Source: the human T2T-CHM13v2.0 reference genome, Homo sapiens
Assembly (NCBI RefSeq): GCF_009914755.1
Contig: NC_060946.1
Length of the DNA stretch: 64,000 bases
Strand: one strand, 5' to 3'
This document shows, piece after piece, positions 53,201 through 64,000 of the stretch. The position numbers and the translations under genes were made by a program. Position 1 is the first letter of the stretch. Each line of letters begins with the position of its first letter. The notes under the pieces were generated by a model. That model made no database searches and had not been told where the DNA came from. It saw only the letters and a program-made list of their open reading frames with translations.

Positions 53201-56200
53201 TGACATACCTTTGCACTGATCACCCAGGTGATGTAACACATCTAAGTTCGGCCTAAAGGAGCTTTGTGACACATCTCTGCATTGATCACTTAGGTGATGT
53301 AACACTTTTATAATCACTGCCTACAGGGAATTTTGACAAATCTCTGCACTGATCACCTAAGTGATGTAACTCTTGTCTACCCTCTGTCCAACGGGGCATT
53401 GTGAAATATCTCTGCACTGATCACCCAGGTGATTCAACTCTTGACTAGGAACTGCCTACAGAGGTTATTGTGAAATATCTCTGCACTGATAAACTAGGTG
53501 GTGTAACCCTTGTCCAAGCTCTGCCTACAGGGGCGTTTCCACATATCCCTGAACTGGTGACAAAGGTGATGTAACTCTTGCCTAGGCTTTGCCTACAGGG
53601 AACATTGGACATATATCTGCACTGATCACCCAGTTGATGCAACTCTTGCCTAAGCTTTGCCTACAGGGGACATTGTGACATATCTCTTCAATGATCACTC
53701 ATGTGATGCATCTCTTGCCTAGGCTTTGCCTACTGGGGACATTGTGGCATATCTCTGCACTGATCTCCCAGGTGCTGTAACTTTAGTCTAGGCTCTGGCT
53801 ACACGGCATTGTGACATATCACTGCACTGATCAACCAGGTGATATAACTCTTGTATAGGCTCTGCCTACAGGGGGTTTGTGACCTACCTCTGCACTCATC
53901 ACCCAGGTGATATAACTCTTATGTAGGATCTGCCTACAGGGTACTTTGTGACATATCGCTGCACTGATCACCCAGGTGATCTAACTCTGGTCTAAGCTCT
54001 GCCTAAAGGGGCATTGTGACAGATCTCTGCACTGCTCCCTCTGGTGATGTAAGTATTGTCTAGTCTCGGCTTCAAGGGACCTTGTCACATATCTCTGCAC
54101 TGATCACCCAGGTGATGTAACTCTTGTCTAGGCTCTGCTTCCAGGCCATATTGTGACATATCTATGCACTGATCACCTTAGTGATGTAACACTTTGGTAG
54201 GCTCGGCCTACAGGGGAATCTTGACATATCTCTGCACTGTTAAACGGGGTGATTTTTCTCTTGTCTAGGCTGTGCCCACAGGGGTATTGAGACATATCTC
54301 TGCATTGATCCCGAGGTGATACAATTCTTGCCTGGTCTCTGCCTACTGTGGACATTGTGACATATCTCTGCACTGATCTCCCAGGTGTTGTAACTTTAGT
54401 CTAGGCTCTGGCTACACGGCATTGTGACATATCACTGCACTGATCACCCAGGCGATATAACTCTTCTCTAGGATCTGACCGCAGGGTGCTTTGTGACATA
54501 TCCCTGCAATGATCACCCAGGTGATATACCACTTGCCAAGGCTCTGCCTACAGGGGCATTGCAATGTATCTCTGCACTGATCACCTAGGTCTTGCAGCTA
54601 TTTTCTAGGATCTGCCTGCAGGGTGATTTGTGACGTGTCCCAGCAAGGATTACCCAGGTGATGTACCTCTCATCAAGGCTCTGCCTACAGGCACATTGTG
54701 ATGTATCTCTGCACTGATCACCTAGGTCATGTAAGTTTTTTCTAAGCTCTACCTACGATGGCATTGTGACATATCTCTGCACTAATCATCCAAGTGATGT
54801 AACTCTTGTCTAGGATGTGCCTAAATTAACTTTTTGACATAACCCTGTACTGATCATCCTGGTGATGCAGCTTTTGTCTAGGCTCTGCCTAAAGGGGCAT
54901 TGTGACATATTTCTGCATTGATCACCCAGGTGGCGAAGTCTTCTCTCGGATCTGCCTATGGGGGCATTGTGAGAAATCTCTGCACTGATCACCCAGGTGA
55001 TGTAACTGTTGTGTAACCTCTGCCTACAGGGGAATTTTGAGAGATCTCGTCACTCATTTCCCAAGTGATGTAACCATTGTCTAGACTTTGCGTACAGGGG
55101 GCTTTGTGACATATCATTGCACTGATCACCCAGGTGATGTAACACATCTAAGTTCGGCCTAAAGGAGCTTTGTGACATATCTCTGCACTGATCACTTAGG
55201 TGATGTAACACTTTTATAATCACTGCCTACAGGGAATTTTGACAAATCTCTGCACTGATCACCTAAGTGATGTAACTCTTGTCTACCCTCTGTCCAACGG
55301 GGCATTGTGAAATATCTCTGCACTGATCACCCAGGTGATTCAACTCTTGACTAGGAACTGCATACAGAGGTTATTGTGAAATATCTCTGCACTGATAAAC
55401 TAGGTGGTGTAACCCTTGTCCAAGCTCTGCCTACAGGGGCGTTTCCACATATCCCTGAACTGATGACAAAGGTGATGTAACTCTTGCCTAGGCTTTGCCT
55501 ACAGGGAACATTGGACATATATCTGCACTGATCACCCAGGTGAAGCAACTCTTGCCTAAGCTTTGCCTACAGGGGACATTGTGACATATCTCTTCAATGA
55601 TCACTCATGTGATGCATCTCTTGCCTAGGCTTTGCCTACAGGGGACATTTTGACATATCTCTGCACTGATCTGCCAGGTGATGTAACTTTAATCTAGGCT
55701 CTGGCTACACGGCATTGTGACATATCACTGCACTTATCAACCAGGTGATATAACTCTTGTATAGGCTCTGCCTACAGGGGGATCGTGACCTACCTCTGTA
55801 CTGATCACCCAGGTGATATAACTCTTCTCTAGGATCTGCCTACAGGGTGCTTTGTGACATATCCCTGCACTGATCACCCAGGTGATCTAACTCTGGTCTA
55901 AGCTCCTCCTAAAGGGGCATTGTGACAGATCTCTGCACTGATCACTCTGGTGATGTAAGTATTGTCTAGGCTCTGCTTCAAGGGGCCTTGTCACATATCT
56001 CTGCACTGATTACCCAGGTGATGTAACTCTTGTCTAGGCTCTGCTTCCAGGGCATATTGTGACATATCTATGCACTGATCACCTTAGTGATGTAACACTT
56101 TGGTAGGCTCGGCCTACAGGAGAATCTTGACATATCTCTGCACTGTTAACCGAGGTGATTTAACTCTTGTCTAGGCTGTGCCCACAGAGGGATTGAGACA

Positions 56201-57150
56201 TATCTCTGCACTGATCCCGAGGTGATACAACTCTTGCCTGGTCTCTGCCTACTGTGGACATTGTGACATATCTCTGCACTGATCTCCCAGGTGCTGTAAC
56301 TTTTTTCTAGGCTCCGGCTACACGGCATTGTGACATATCACTGCACTGATCACCCAGGCGATATAACTCTTCTCTAGGATCTGACCACAGGGTGCTTTGT
56401 GACATATCCCTGCAATGATCACCCAGGTGATATACCACTTGCCAAGGCTCTGCCTACTGGGGCATTGCAATGTATCTCTGCACTGATCACCTAGGTCTTG
56501 TAGCTATTTTCTAGGATCTACCTACAGGGTGCTTTGTGACGTGTCCCAGCAAGGATTACCCAGGTGATGTACCTCTCATCAAGGCTCTGCCTACAGGCAC
56601 ATTGTGATGTATCTCTGCACTGATCACCTAGGTCATGTAACTTTTTTCTAGGCTCTACCTACGATGGCATTGTGACATATCTCTGCACTAATCATCCAAG
56701 TGATGTAACACTTGTCTAGGATGTGCCTAAATTAACTTTTTGACATAACCCTGTACTGATCATCCAGGTGATGGAGCTTTTGTCTAGGCTCTGCCTAAGG
56801 GGGCATTGTGACATATTTCTGCATTGATCACACAGGTGGCGAACTCTTCTCTCGGATCTGCCTATGGGGGCATTGTGAGAAATCTCTGCACTGATCACCC
56901 AGGTGATGTAACTGTTGTGTAACCTCTGCCTACAGGTTAATTGTGAGAGATCTCGTCACTGATTACCCAAGTGATGTAACCATTGTCTAGGCTTTGCGTA
57001 CAGGGGGCTTTGTGACATACCTTTGCACTGATCACCCAGGTGATGTAACACATCAAAGTTCGGCCTAAAGGAGCTTTGTGATATATCTCTGCACTGATCA
57101 TTTAAGTGATGTAACACTTTTATAATCACTGCCTACAGGGAATTTTGCCA
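53200..57150. repeat. Copy of about 45.5-49.45 kb (offset 7692 bp)
   Basis: Shared private variants include ACTGGTGACA, ATATCGCTGC, TGCTCCCTCT, GGAACTGCATAC, GGATCGTGACC and GATCATTTAAG. ORF pairs: 45753/53445, 47118/54810, 47659/55351 and 49024/56716. Confidence 0.88.
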
Positions 57151-60100
57151 AATCTCTGCACTGATCACCTAGGTGATGTAACTCTTGTCTACCCTCTGTC
57201 CAACGGGGCATTGTGAAATGTCTCTGCACTGATCACCCAGGTGATTCAACTCTTGACTAGGAACTGCCTACAGAGGTTATTGTGAAATATCTCTGCACTG
57301 ATAAAATAGGTGGGGTAACCCTTGTCCAAGCTCTGCCTACAGGGGCGTTTCCAGATATCCCTGAACTGATGACAAAGGTGATGTAACTCTTGCCTAGGCT
57401 TTGCCTACAGGGAACATTGGACATATATCTGCACTGATCACCCAGGTGATGCAACTCTTGCCTAGGCTTTGCCTACAGGGGACATTGTGACATATCTCTT
57501 CAATGATCACTCATGTGATGCATCTCTTGCCTAGGCTTTGCCTACAGGCGACATTGTGACATATCTCTGCACTGATCTCCCAGGTGCTGTAACTTTAGTC
57601 TAGGCTCTGGCTACACGGCATTGTGACATATCTCTGCACTGATCAACCAGGTGATATAACTCTTGTATAGGCTCTGCCTAGAGCGGGATTGTGACCTACC
57701 TCTGCACTGATAACCCAGGTGATATAACTCTTCTCTAGGATCAGCCTACAGGGTACTTTGTGACATATCCCTGCACTGATCACCCAGGTGATCTAACTCT
57801 GGTCTAAGCTCTGCGTAAAGGGGCATTGTGACAGATCTCTGCACTGATCCCTCTGGTGATGTAAGTATTGTCTAGGCTCTGCTTCAAGGGGCCTTGTCAC
57901 ATATCTCTGCACTGATCACCCAGGTGATGTAACTCTTGTCTAGGCTCTGATTCCAGGGCATATTGTGACATATCTATGCACTGATCACCTTAGTGATGTA
58001 ACACTTTGGTAGGCTCTGCCTACAGGGGAATCTTGACATATCTCTGCACTGTTAACCGAGGTGATTTAACCCTTGTCTAGGCTGTGCCCACAGGGGGATT
58101 GAGACATATCTCTGCACTGATCCCGAGGTGATACAACTCTTGCCTGGTCTCTGCCTACTGTGGACATTGTGACATATCTCTGCACTGATCTCCCAGGTGC
58201 TGTAACTTTAGTCTAGGCTCCGGCTACAAGGCATTGTGACATATCACTGCACTGATCACCCAGGCGATATAACTCTTCTCTAGGATCTGACCACAGGGTG
58301 CTTTGTGACATATCCCTGCAATGATCACCCAGGTGATATACCACTTGCCAAGGCTCTGCCTACAGGGGCATTGCAATGTATCTCTGCACTGATCACCTAG
58401 GTCTTGTAGCTATTTTCTAGGATCTGCCTACAGGGTGCTTTGTGACGTGTCCCAGCAAGGATTACCCAGGTGATGTACCTCTCATCAAGGCTCTGCCTAC
58501 AGGCACATTGTGATGTATCTCTGCACTGATCACCTTGGTCATGTAACTTTTTTCTAGGCTCTACCTACGATGGCATTGTGACATATATCTGCACTAATCA
58601 TCCAAGTGATGTAACCCTTGTCTAGGATGTGCCTAAATTAACTTTTTGACATAACCCTGTACTGATCATCCAGGTTATGGAGCTTTTCTCTAGGCTCTGT
58701 CTAAGGGGGCATTGTGACATATTTCTGCATTGATCACCCAGGTGGCGAACTCTTCTCTCGGATCTGCCTATGGGGGCATTGTGAGAAATCTCTGCACTGA
58801 TCACCCAGGTGATGTAACTGTTGTGTTACCTCTGCCTACAGGTAAATTGTGAGAGATCTCGTCACTGATTACCCAAGTGATGTAAACATTGTCTAGGCTT
58901 TTCGTACAGGGGGCTTTGTGACATACCTTTGCACTGATCACCCAGGTGATGTATCACATCAAAGTTCGACCTAAAGGAGCTTTGTGACATATCTCTGCAC
59001 TGATCACTTAGGTGATGTAACACTTTTATAATCACTGCCTACAGGGAATTCTGACAAATCTCTGCACTGATCACCTAGGTGATGTAACTTTTGTCTACCC
59101 TCTGTCCAACGGGGCATTGTGAAATGTCTCTGCACTGATCACCCTGGTGATTCAACTCTTGACTAGGAACTGCCTACAGAGGTTATTGTGAAATATCTCT
59201 GCACTGATAAACTAGGTGGGGTAACCCCTGTCCAAGCTCTGCCTACAGGGGCGTTCCCACATATCCCTGAACTGATGACAAAGGTGATGTAACCCTTGCC
59301 TAGGCTTTGCCCACAGGGAACATTGGACATATATCTGCACTGATCACCCAGGTGATGCAACTCTTGCCTAGGCTTTGCCTACAGGGGACATTGTGACATA
59401 TCTCTTCAATGATCACTCATGTGATGCATCTCTTGCCTAGGCTTTGCCTACAGGGGACATTGTGACATATCTCTGCACTGATCTCCCAGGTGCTGTAACT
59501 TTAGTCTAGGCTCTGGCTACACGGCATTGTGACACATCACTGCACTGATCAACCAGGTGATATAACTCTTGTATAGGCTCTGCCTACAGTGGGATTGTGA
59601 CCTACCTCTGCACTGATCACCCAGGTGATATAACTCTTCTCTAGGATCTGCCTACAGGGTACTTTGTGACATATCCCTGCACTGATCACCCAGGTGATCT
59701 AACTCTGGTCTAAGCTCTGCGTAAAGGGGCATTGTGACAGATCTCTACACTGATCCCTCTGTTGATGTAAGTATTGTCTAGGCTCTGCTTCAAGGGGCCT
59801 TGTCACATATCTCTGCACTGATCACCCAGGTGATGTAACTCTTGTCTAGGCTCTGCTTCCAGGGCATATTGTGACATATCTATGCACTGATCACCTTAGT
59901 GATGTAACACTTTGGTAGGCTCGGCCTACAGGGGAATCTTGACATATCTCTGCACTGTTAACCGAGGTGATTTAACCCTTGTCTAGGCTGTGCCCACAGG
60001 GGGATTGAGACATATCTCTGCACTGATCCCGAGGTGATACAACTCTTGCCTGGTCTCTGCCTACTGTGGACATTGTGACATATCTCTGCACTGATCTCCC

Positions 60101-60527
60101 AGGTGCTGTAACTTTAGTCTAGGCTCCGGCTACAAGGCATTGTGACATATCACTGCACTGATCACCCAGGCGATATAACTCTTCTCTAGGATCTCACCAC
60201 AGGGTGCTTTGTGACATATCCCTGCAATGATCACCCAGGTGATATACCACTTGCCAAGGCTCTGCCTACAGGGGCATTGCAATGTATCTCTGCACTGATC
60301 ACCTAGGTCTTGTAGCTATTTTCTAGGATCTGCCTACAGGGTGCTTTGTGACGTGTCCCAGCAAGGATTACCCAGGTGATGTACCTCTCATCAAGGCTCT
60401 GCCTACAGGCACATTGTGATGTATCTCTGCACTGATCACCTCGGTCATGTAACTTTTTTCTAGGCTCTACCTACGATGGCATTGTGACATATCTCTGCAC
60501 TAATCATCCAAGTGATGTAACACTTGT

Positions 60528-62365
60528 CTAGGATGTGCCTAAATTAACTTTTTGACATAACCCTGTACTGATCATCCAGGTGATGGAGCTTTTGTCTAGG
60601 CTCTGCCTAAGGGGGCATTGTGACATATTTCTGCATTGATCACACAGGTGGCGAACTCTTCTCTCGGATCTGCCTATGGGGGCATTGTGAGAAATCTCTG
60701 CACTGATCACCCAGGTGATGTAACTGTTGTGTAACCTCTGCCTACAGGGGAATTGTGAGAGATCTCGTCACTGATTACCCAAGTGATGTAACCATTGTCT
60801 AGGCTTTGCGTACAGGGGGCTTTGTGACATACCTTTGCACTGATCACCCAGGTGATGTAACACATCTAAGTTCGGCCTAAAGGATCTTTGTGACATATCT
60901 CTGCACTGATCACTTAGGTGATGTAACACTTTTATAATCACTGCCTACAGGGAATTTTGACAAATCTCTGCACTGATCACCTAGGTGATGTAACTCTTGT
61001 CTACCCTCTGTCCAACGGGGCATTGTGAAATGTCTCTGCACTGATCACCCAGGTGATTCAACTCTTGACTAGGAACTGCCTACAGAGGTTATTGTGAAAT
61101 ATCTCTGCACTGATAAACTAGGTGGTGTAACCCTTGTCCAAGCTCTGCCTACAGGGGCGTTTCCACATATCCCTGAACTGATGACAAAGGTGATGTAACT
61201 CTTGCCTAGGCTTTGCCTACAGGGAACATTGGACATATATCTGCACTGATCACCCAGGTGATGCAACTCTTGCCTTGGCTTTGCCTACAGGGGACATTGT
61301 GACATATCTCTTCAATGATCAATCATGTGATGCATCTCTTGCCTAGGCTTTGCCTACAGGGGACATTGTGACATATCTCTGCACTGATCTCCCAGGTGCT
61401 GTAACTTTAGTCTAGGCTCTGGCTACACGGCATTGTGACCTACCTCTGCAATGATCACCCAGGTGATATAACTCTTCTCTAGGATCTGCCTACAGGGTAC
61501 TTTGTGACATATCCCTGCACTGATCACCCAGGTGATCTAACTCTGGTCTAAGCTCTGCCTAAAGGGGCATTGTGACAGATCTCTGCACTGATCACTCTGG
61601 TGATGTAAGTATTGTCTAGGCTCTGCTTCAAGGGGCCTTGTCACATATCTCTGCACTGATCACCCAGGTGATGTAACTCTTGTCTAGGCTCTGCTTCCAG
61701 GGCACATTGTGACATATCTATGCACTGATCACCTTAGTGATGTAACACTTTGGTAGGCTCGGCCTACAGGGGAATCTTGACATATCTCTGCACTGTTAAC
61801 CGAGGTGATTTAACTCTTGTCTAGGCTGTGCCCACAGGGGGATTGAGTCATATCTCTGCACTGATCCCGAGGTGATACAACTCTTGCCTGGTCTCTGCCT
61901 ACTGTGGACATTGGGACATATCTCTGCACTGATCTCCCAGGTGCTGTAACTTTAGTCTAGGCTCTGGCTACACGGCATTGTGACATATCACTGCACTGAT
62001 CACCCAGGCGATATAACTCTTCTGTAGGATCTGACCACAGGGTGCTTTGTGACATATGCCTGCAATGATCACCCAGGTGATATACCACTTGCCAAGGCTC
62101 TGCCTACAGGGGCATTGCAATGTATCTCTGCACTGATCACCTAGGTCTTGTAGCTCTTTTCTAGGATCTGCCTACAGGGTGCTTTGTGACGTGTCCCAGC
62201 AAGGATTACCCAGGTGATGTAACTCTCATCAAGGCTCTGCCTACAGGCACATTGTGATGTATCTCTGCACTGATCACCTAGGTCATGTAACTTTTTTCTA
62301 GGCTCTACCTACGATGGCATTGTGACATATCTCTGCACTAATCATCCAAGTGATGTAACTCTTGT
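60528..62365. repeat. 27-mer variant of the subtype-C HOR (1838 bp; one monomer deleted near 61435)
   Basis: GGCTACACGGCATTGTGAC is joined directly to CTACCTCTGC. Compare the intact unit at 59515-59610. Confidence 0.9.
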
Positions 62366-64000
62366 CTAGGATGTGCCTAAATTAACTTTTTGACATAACC
62401 CTGTACTGATCATCCAGGTGATGGAGCTTTTGTCTAGGCTCTGCCTAAGGGGGCATTGTGACATATTTCTGCAGTAATCACCCAGGTGGCGAACTCTTCT
62501 CTCGGATCTGCCTAAGGGGGCATTGTGAGAAATCTCTGCACTGATCACCCAGGTGATGTAACTGTTGTGTAACCTCTGCCTACAGGGGAATTGTGAGAGA
62601 TCTCGTCACTGATTACCCAAGTGATGTAACCATGGTCTAGGCTTTGCGTACAGGGGGCTTTGTGACATACCTTTGTACTGATCACCCGGGTGATGTAACA
62701 CATCAAAGTTCGGCCTAAAGGAGCCTTGTGACATATCTCCGCACTGATTACTTAGGTGATGTAACACTTTTATAATCACTGCCTACAGGGAAATTTGACA
62801 AATCTCTGCACTGATCACCGAGGTTATGTAACTCTTGTCTACCCTCTGTCCAACGGGGCACTGTGAAATATCTCTGCACTGATCACCCAGGTGATTCAAC
62901 TCTTGACTAGGAACTGCCTACAGAGGATGTTGTGAAATATCTCTGCACTGATAAACTAGGTGGTGTAACCCTTGTCCAAGCTCTGCCTACAGGGGCGTTT
63001 CCACATATCCCTGAACTGATGACAAAGGTGATGTAACAGTTGCCTAGGCTTTGCCTACAGGGAACATTGGACATATATCTGCACTGATCACCCAAGTGAT
63101 GCAACTCTTGCCTAGGCTTTGCCTACAGGGGACATTGTGACATATCTCTTCAATGATCTCTCATGTGATGCATCTCTTGCCTAGGCTTTGCCTACAGGGG
63201 ACATTGTGACATATCTCTGAACTGATCTCCCAGGTGCTGTAACTTTAGTCTAGGCTCTGGCTACACGGCATTGTGACATATCACTGCACTGATCAACCAG
63301 GTGATATAACTCTTGAATACGCTCTGCCTACAGGGGGATTGTGACCTACCTCTGCACTGATAACCCAGGTGATATAACTCTTCTCTAGGATCTGCCTACA
63401 GGGTACTTTGTGACATATCCCTGCACTGATCACCCAGGTGATCTAACTCTGGTCTAAGCTCTGCCTAAAGGGGCATTGTGACAGATCTCTGCACTGATGA
63501 CTCTGCTGATGTAAGTATTCTCTAGGCTCTGCTTCAAGGGGCCTTGTCACATATCTCTGCACTGATCACCCAGGTGATGTAACTCTTGTCTAGGCTCTGC
63601 TTCCAGGGCATATTGTGACATATCTATGCACTGATCACCTTAGTGATGTAACACTTTGGTAGGCTCGGCCTACAATGGAATCTTGACATATCTCTGCACT
63701 GTTAACCGAGGTGATTTAACTCTTGTCTAGGCTGTGCCCACAGGGGTATTGAGACATATCTCTGCACTGATCCCGAGGTGATACAACTCTTGCCTGGTCT
63801 CTGCCTACTGTGGACATTGTGACATATCTCTGCACTGATCTCCCAGGTGCTGTAACTTTAGTCTAGGCTCTGGCTACACGGCATTGTGACATATCACTGC
63901 ACTGATCACCCAGGCGATATATCTCTTCTCTAGGATCTGACAACAGGGTGCTTTTTGACATATCCCTGCAATGATCACCCAGGTGATATACCACTTGCCA

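Larger units (their letters stand above)
1..64000. repeat. Beta satellite (BSR/Beta, 68-bp Sau3A family) tandem array, about 940 monomers in about 32 HORs; extends past both window ends
   Basis: The motif TGTGACATATCTCTGCACTGATCACCCAGGTGATGTAACTCTTGTCTAGGCTCTGCCTACAGGGG recurs every 68-69 bp across the whole window in one orientation, with GATC in most monomers. It matches the human beta satellite consensus as I recall it. No unique sequence was seen. Confidence 0.96.
40921..64000. repeat. HOR subtype C domain (28-mer, 1906 bp) with a B-type island at about 49.45-52.4 kb
   Basis: Anchors at 41400, 43306, 45212, 47118, 49024, 50998, 52904, 54810, 56716, 58622, 60528 and 62366 are spaced 1906 bp apart, except one 1974 and one 1838. 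These units lack the CCTACAATGGTCTTG monomer. Diagnostic states include GTAAGTATTG, ACTTTGGTAGG, TACTGTGG and GACGTGTCC. Confidence 0.9.

Noticed and set aside
1188-63104. Recurring 60-147 aa minus-strand ORFs (for example the 137-aa MLIKVLHHLSDQC... ORF) as a tandem gene family
   Set aside because: They are translations of the 68-bp repeat. The same peptides (HHLGDQCRDMSQ, ITWVISAEICHN) appear in several frames and are freely broken by stops and frameshifts. The minus-strand bias reflects the many TGA/TAA/TAG triplets on the plus strand.
1-64000. CRISPR-like array (about 68-bp period, partly palindromic conserved core plus a variable part)
   Set aside because: The variable parts are homologous to one another and recur with the HOR rather than being unique spacers. 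No cas genes or leader are present.
1-64000. Dense GATC sites as Dam-methylation or replication-origin iterons
   Set aside because: GATC is the defining Sau3A site of this satellite, and nothing in the window looks prokaryotic.
1-64000. Alpha satellite, CENP-B boxes, D4Z4/DUX4 or transposon insertions
   Set aside because: The monomer is 68 bp rather than 171 bp. I saw no GC-rich D4Z4 sequence, Alu or L1 fragment, poly(A) tail or inversion. Anchor spacings are all explained by whole monomers.
1-64000. A previously undescribed biological system
   Set aside because: Everything visible is explained by a known satellite family and its recombinational turnover. Any novelty is limited to array architecture and cannot be established without database comparison.

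Overview
The whole 64 kb window is one uninterrupted, single-orientation tandem array of about 940 monomers of 68-69 bp. The approximate consensus is GATCACCCAGGTGATGTAACTCTTGTCTAGGCTCTGCCTACAGGGGCATTGTGACATATCTCTGCACT, which I recognise as primate beta satellite (BSR/Beta, the Sau3A 68-bp family). The monomers form about 32 higher-order repeats (HORs). A 29-mer of about 1973 bp (subtype A) runs from 1 to about 9.85 kb. A 29-mer of about 1974 bp (subtype B) runs from about 9.85 to 40.9 kb. A 28-mer of 1906 bp (subtype C) runs from about 40.9 to 64 kb and contains a B-type island. I see no genes, RNAs, transposons or CRISPR arrays, and all ORFs in the track are artefacts of the repeat. I found no evidence for a new biological system. 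The interesting content is the record of array evolution: in-register monomer gains and losses (27-, 28-, 36- and 37-mers), a near-identical 7892-bp 4-HOR duplication, a permuted patchwork of copied blocks at 49-60 kb, an internal 9-monomer paralogy, and two short dyads per monomer. Breakpoint coordinates are by-eye estimates bounded by diagnostic variants.
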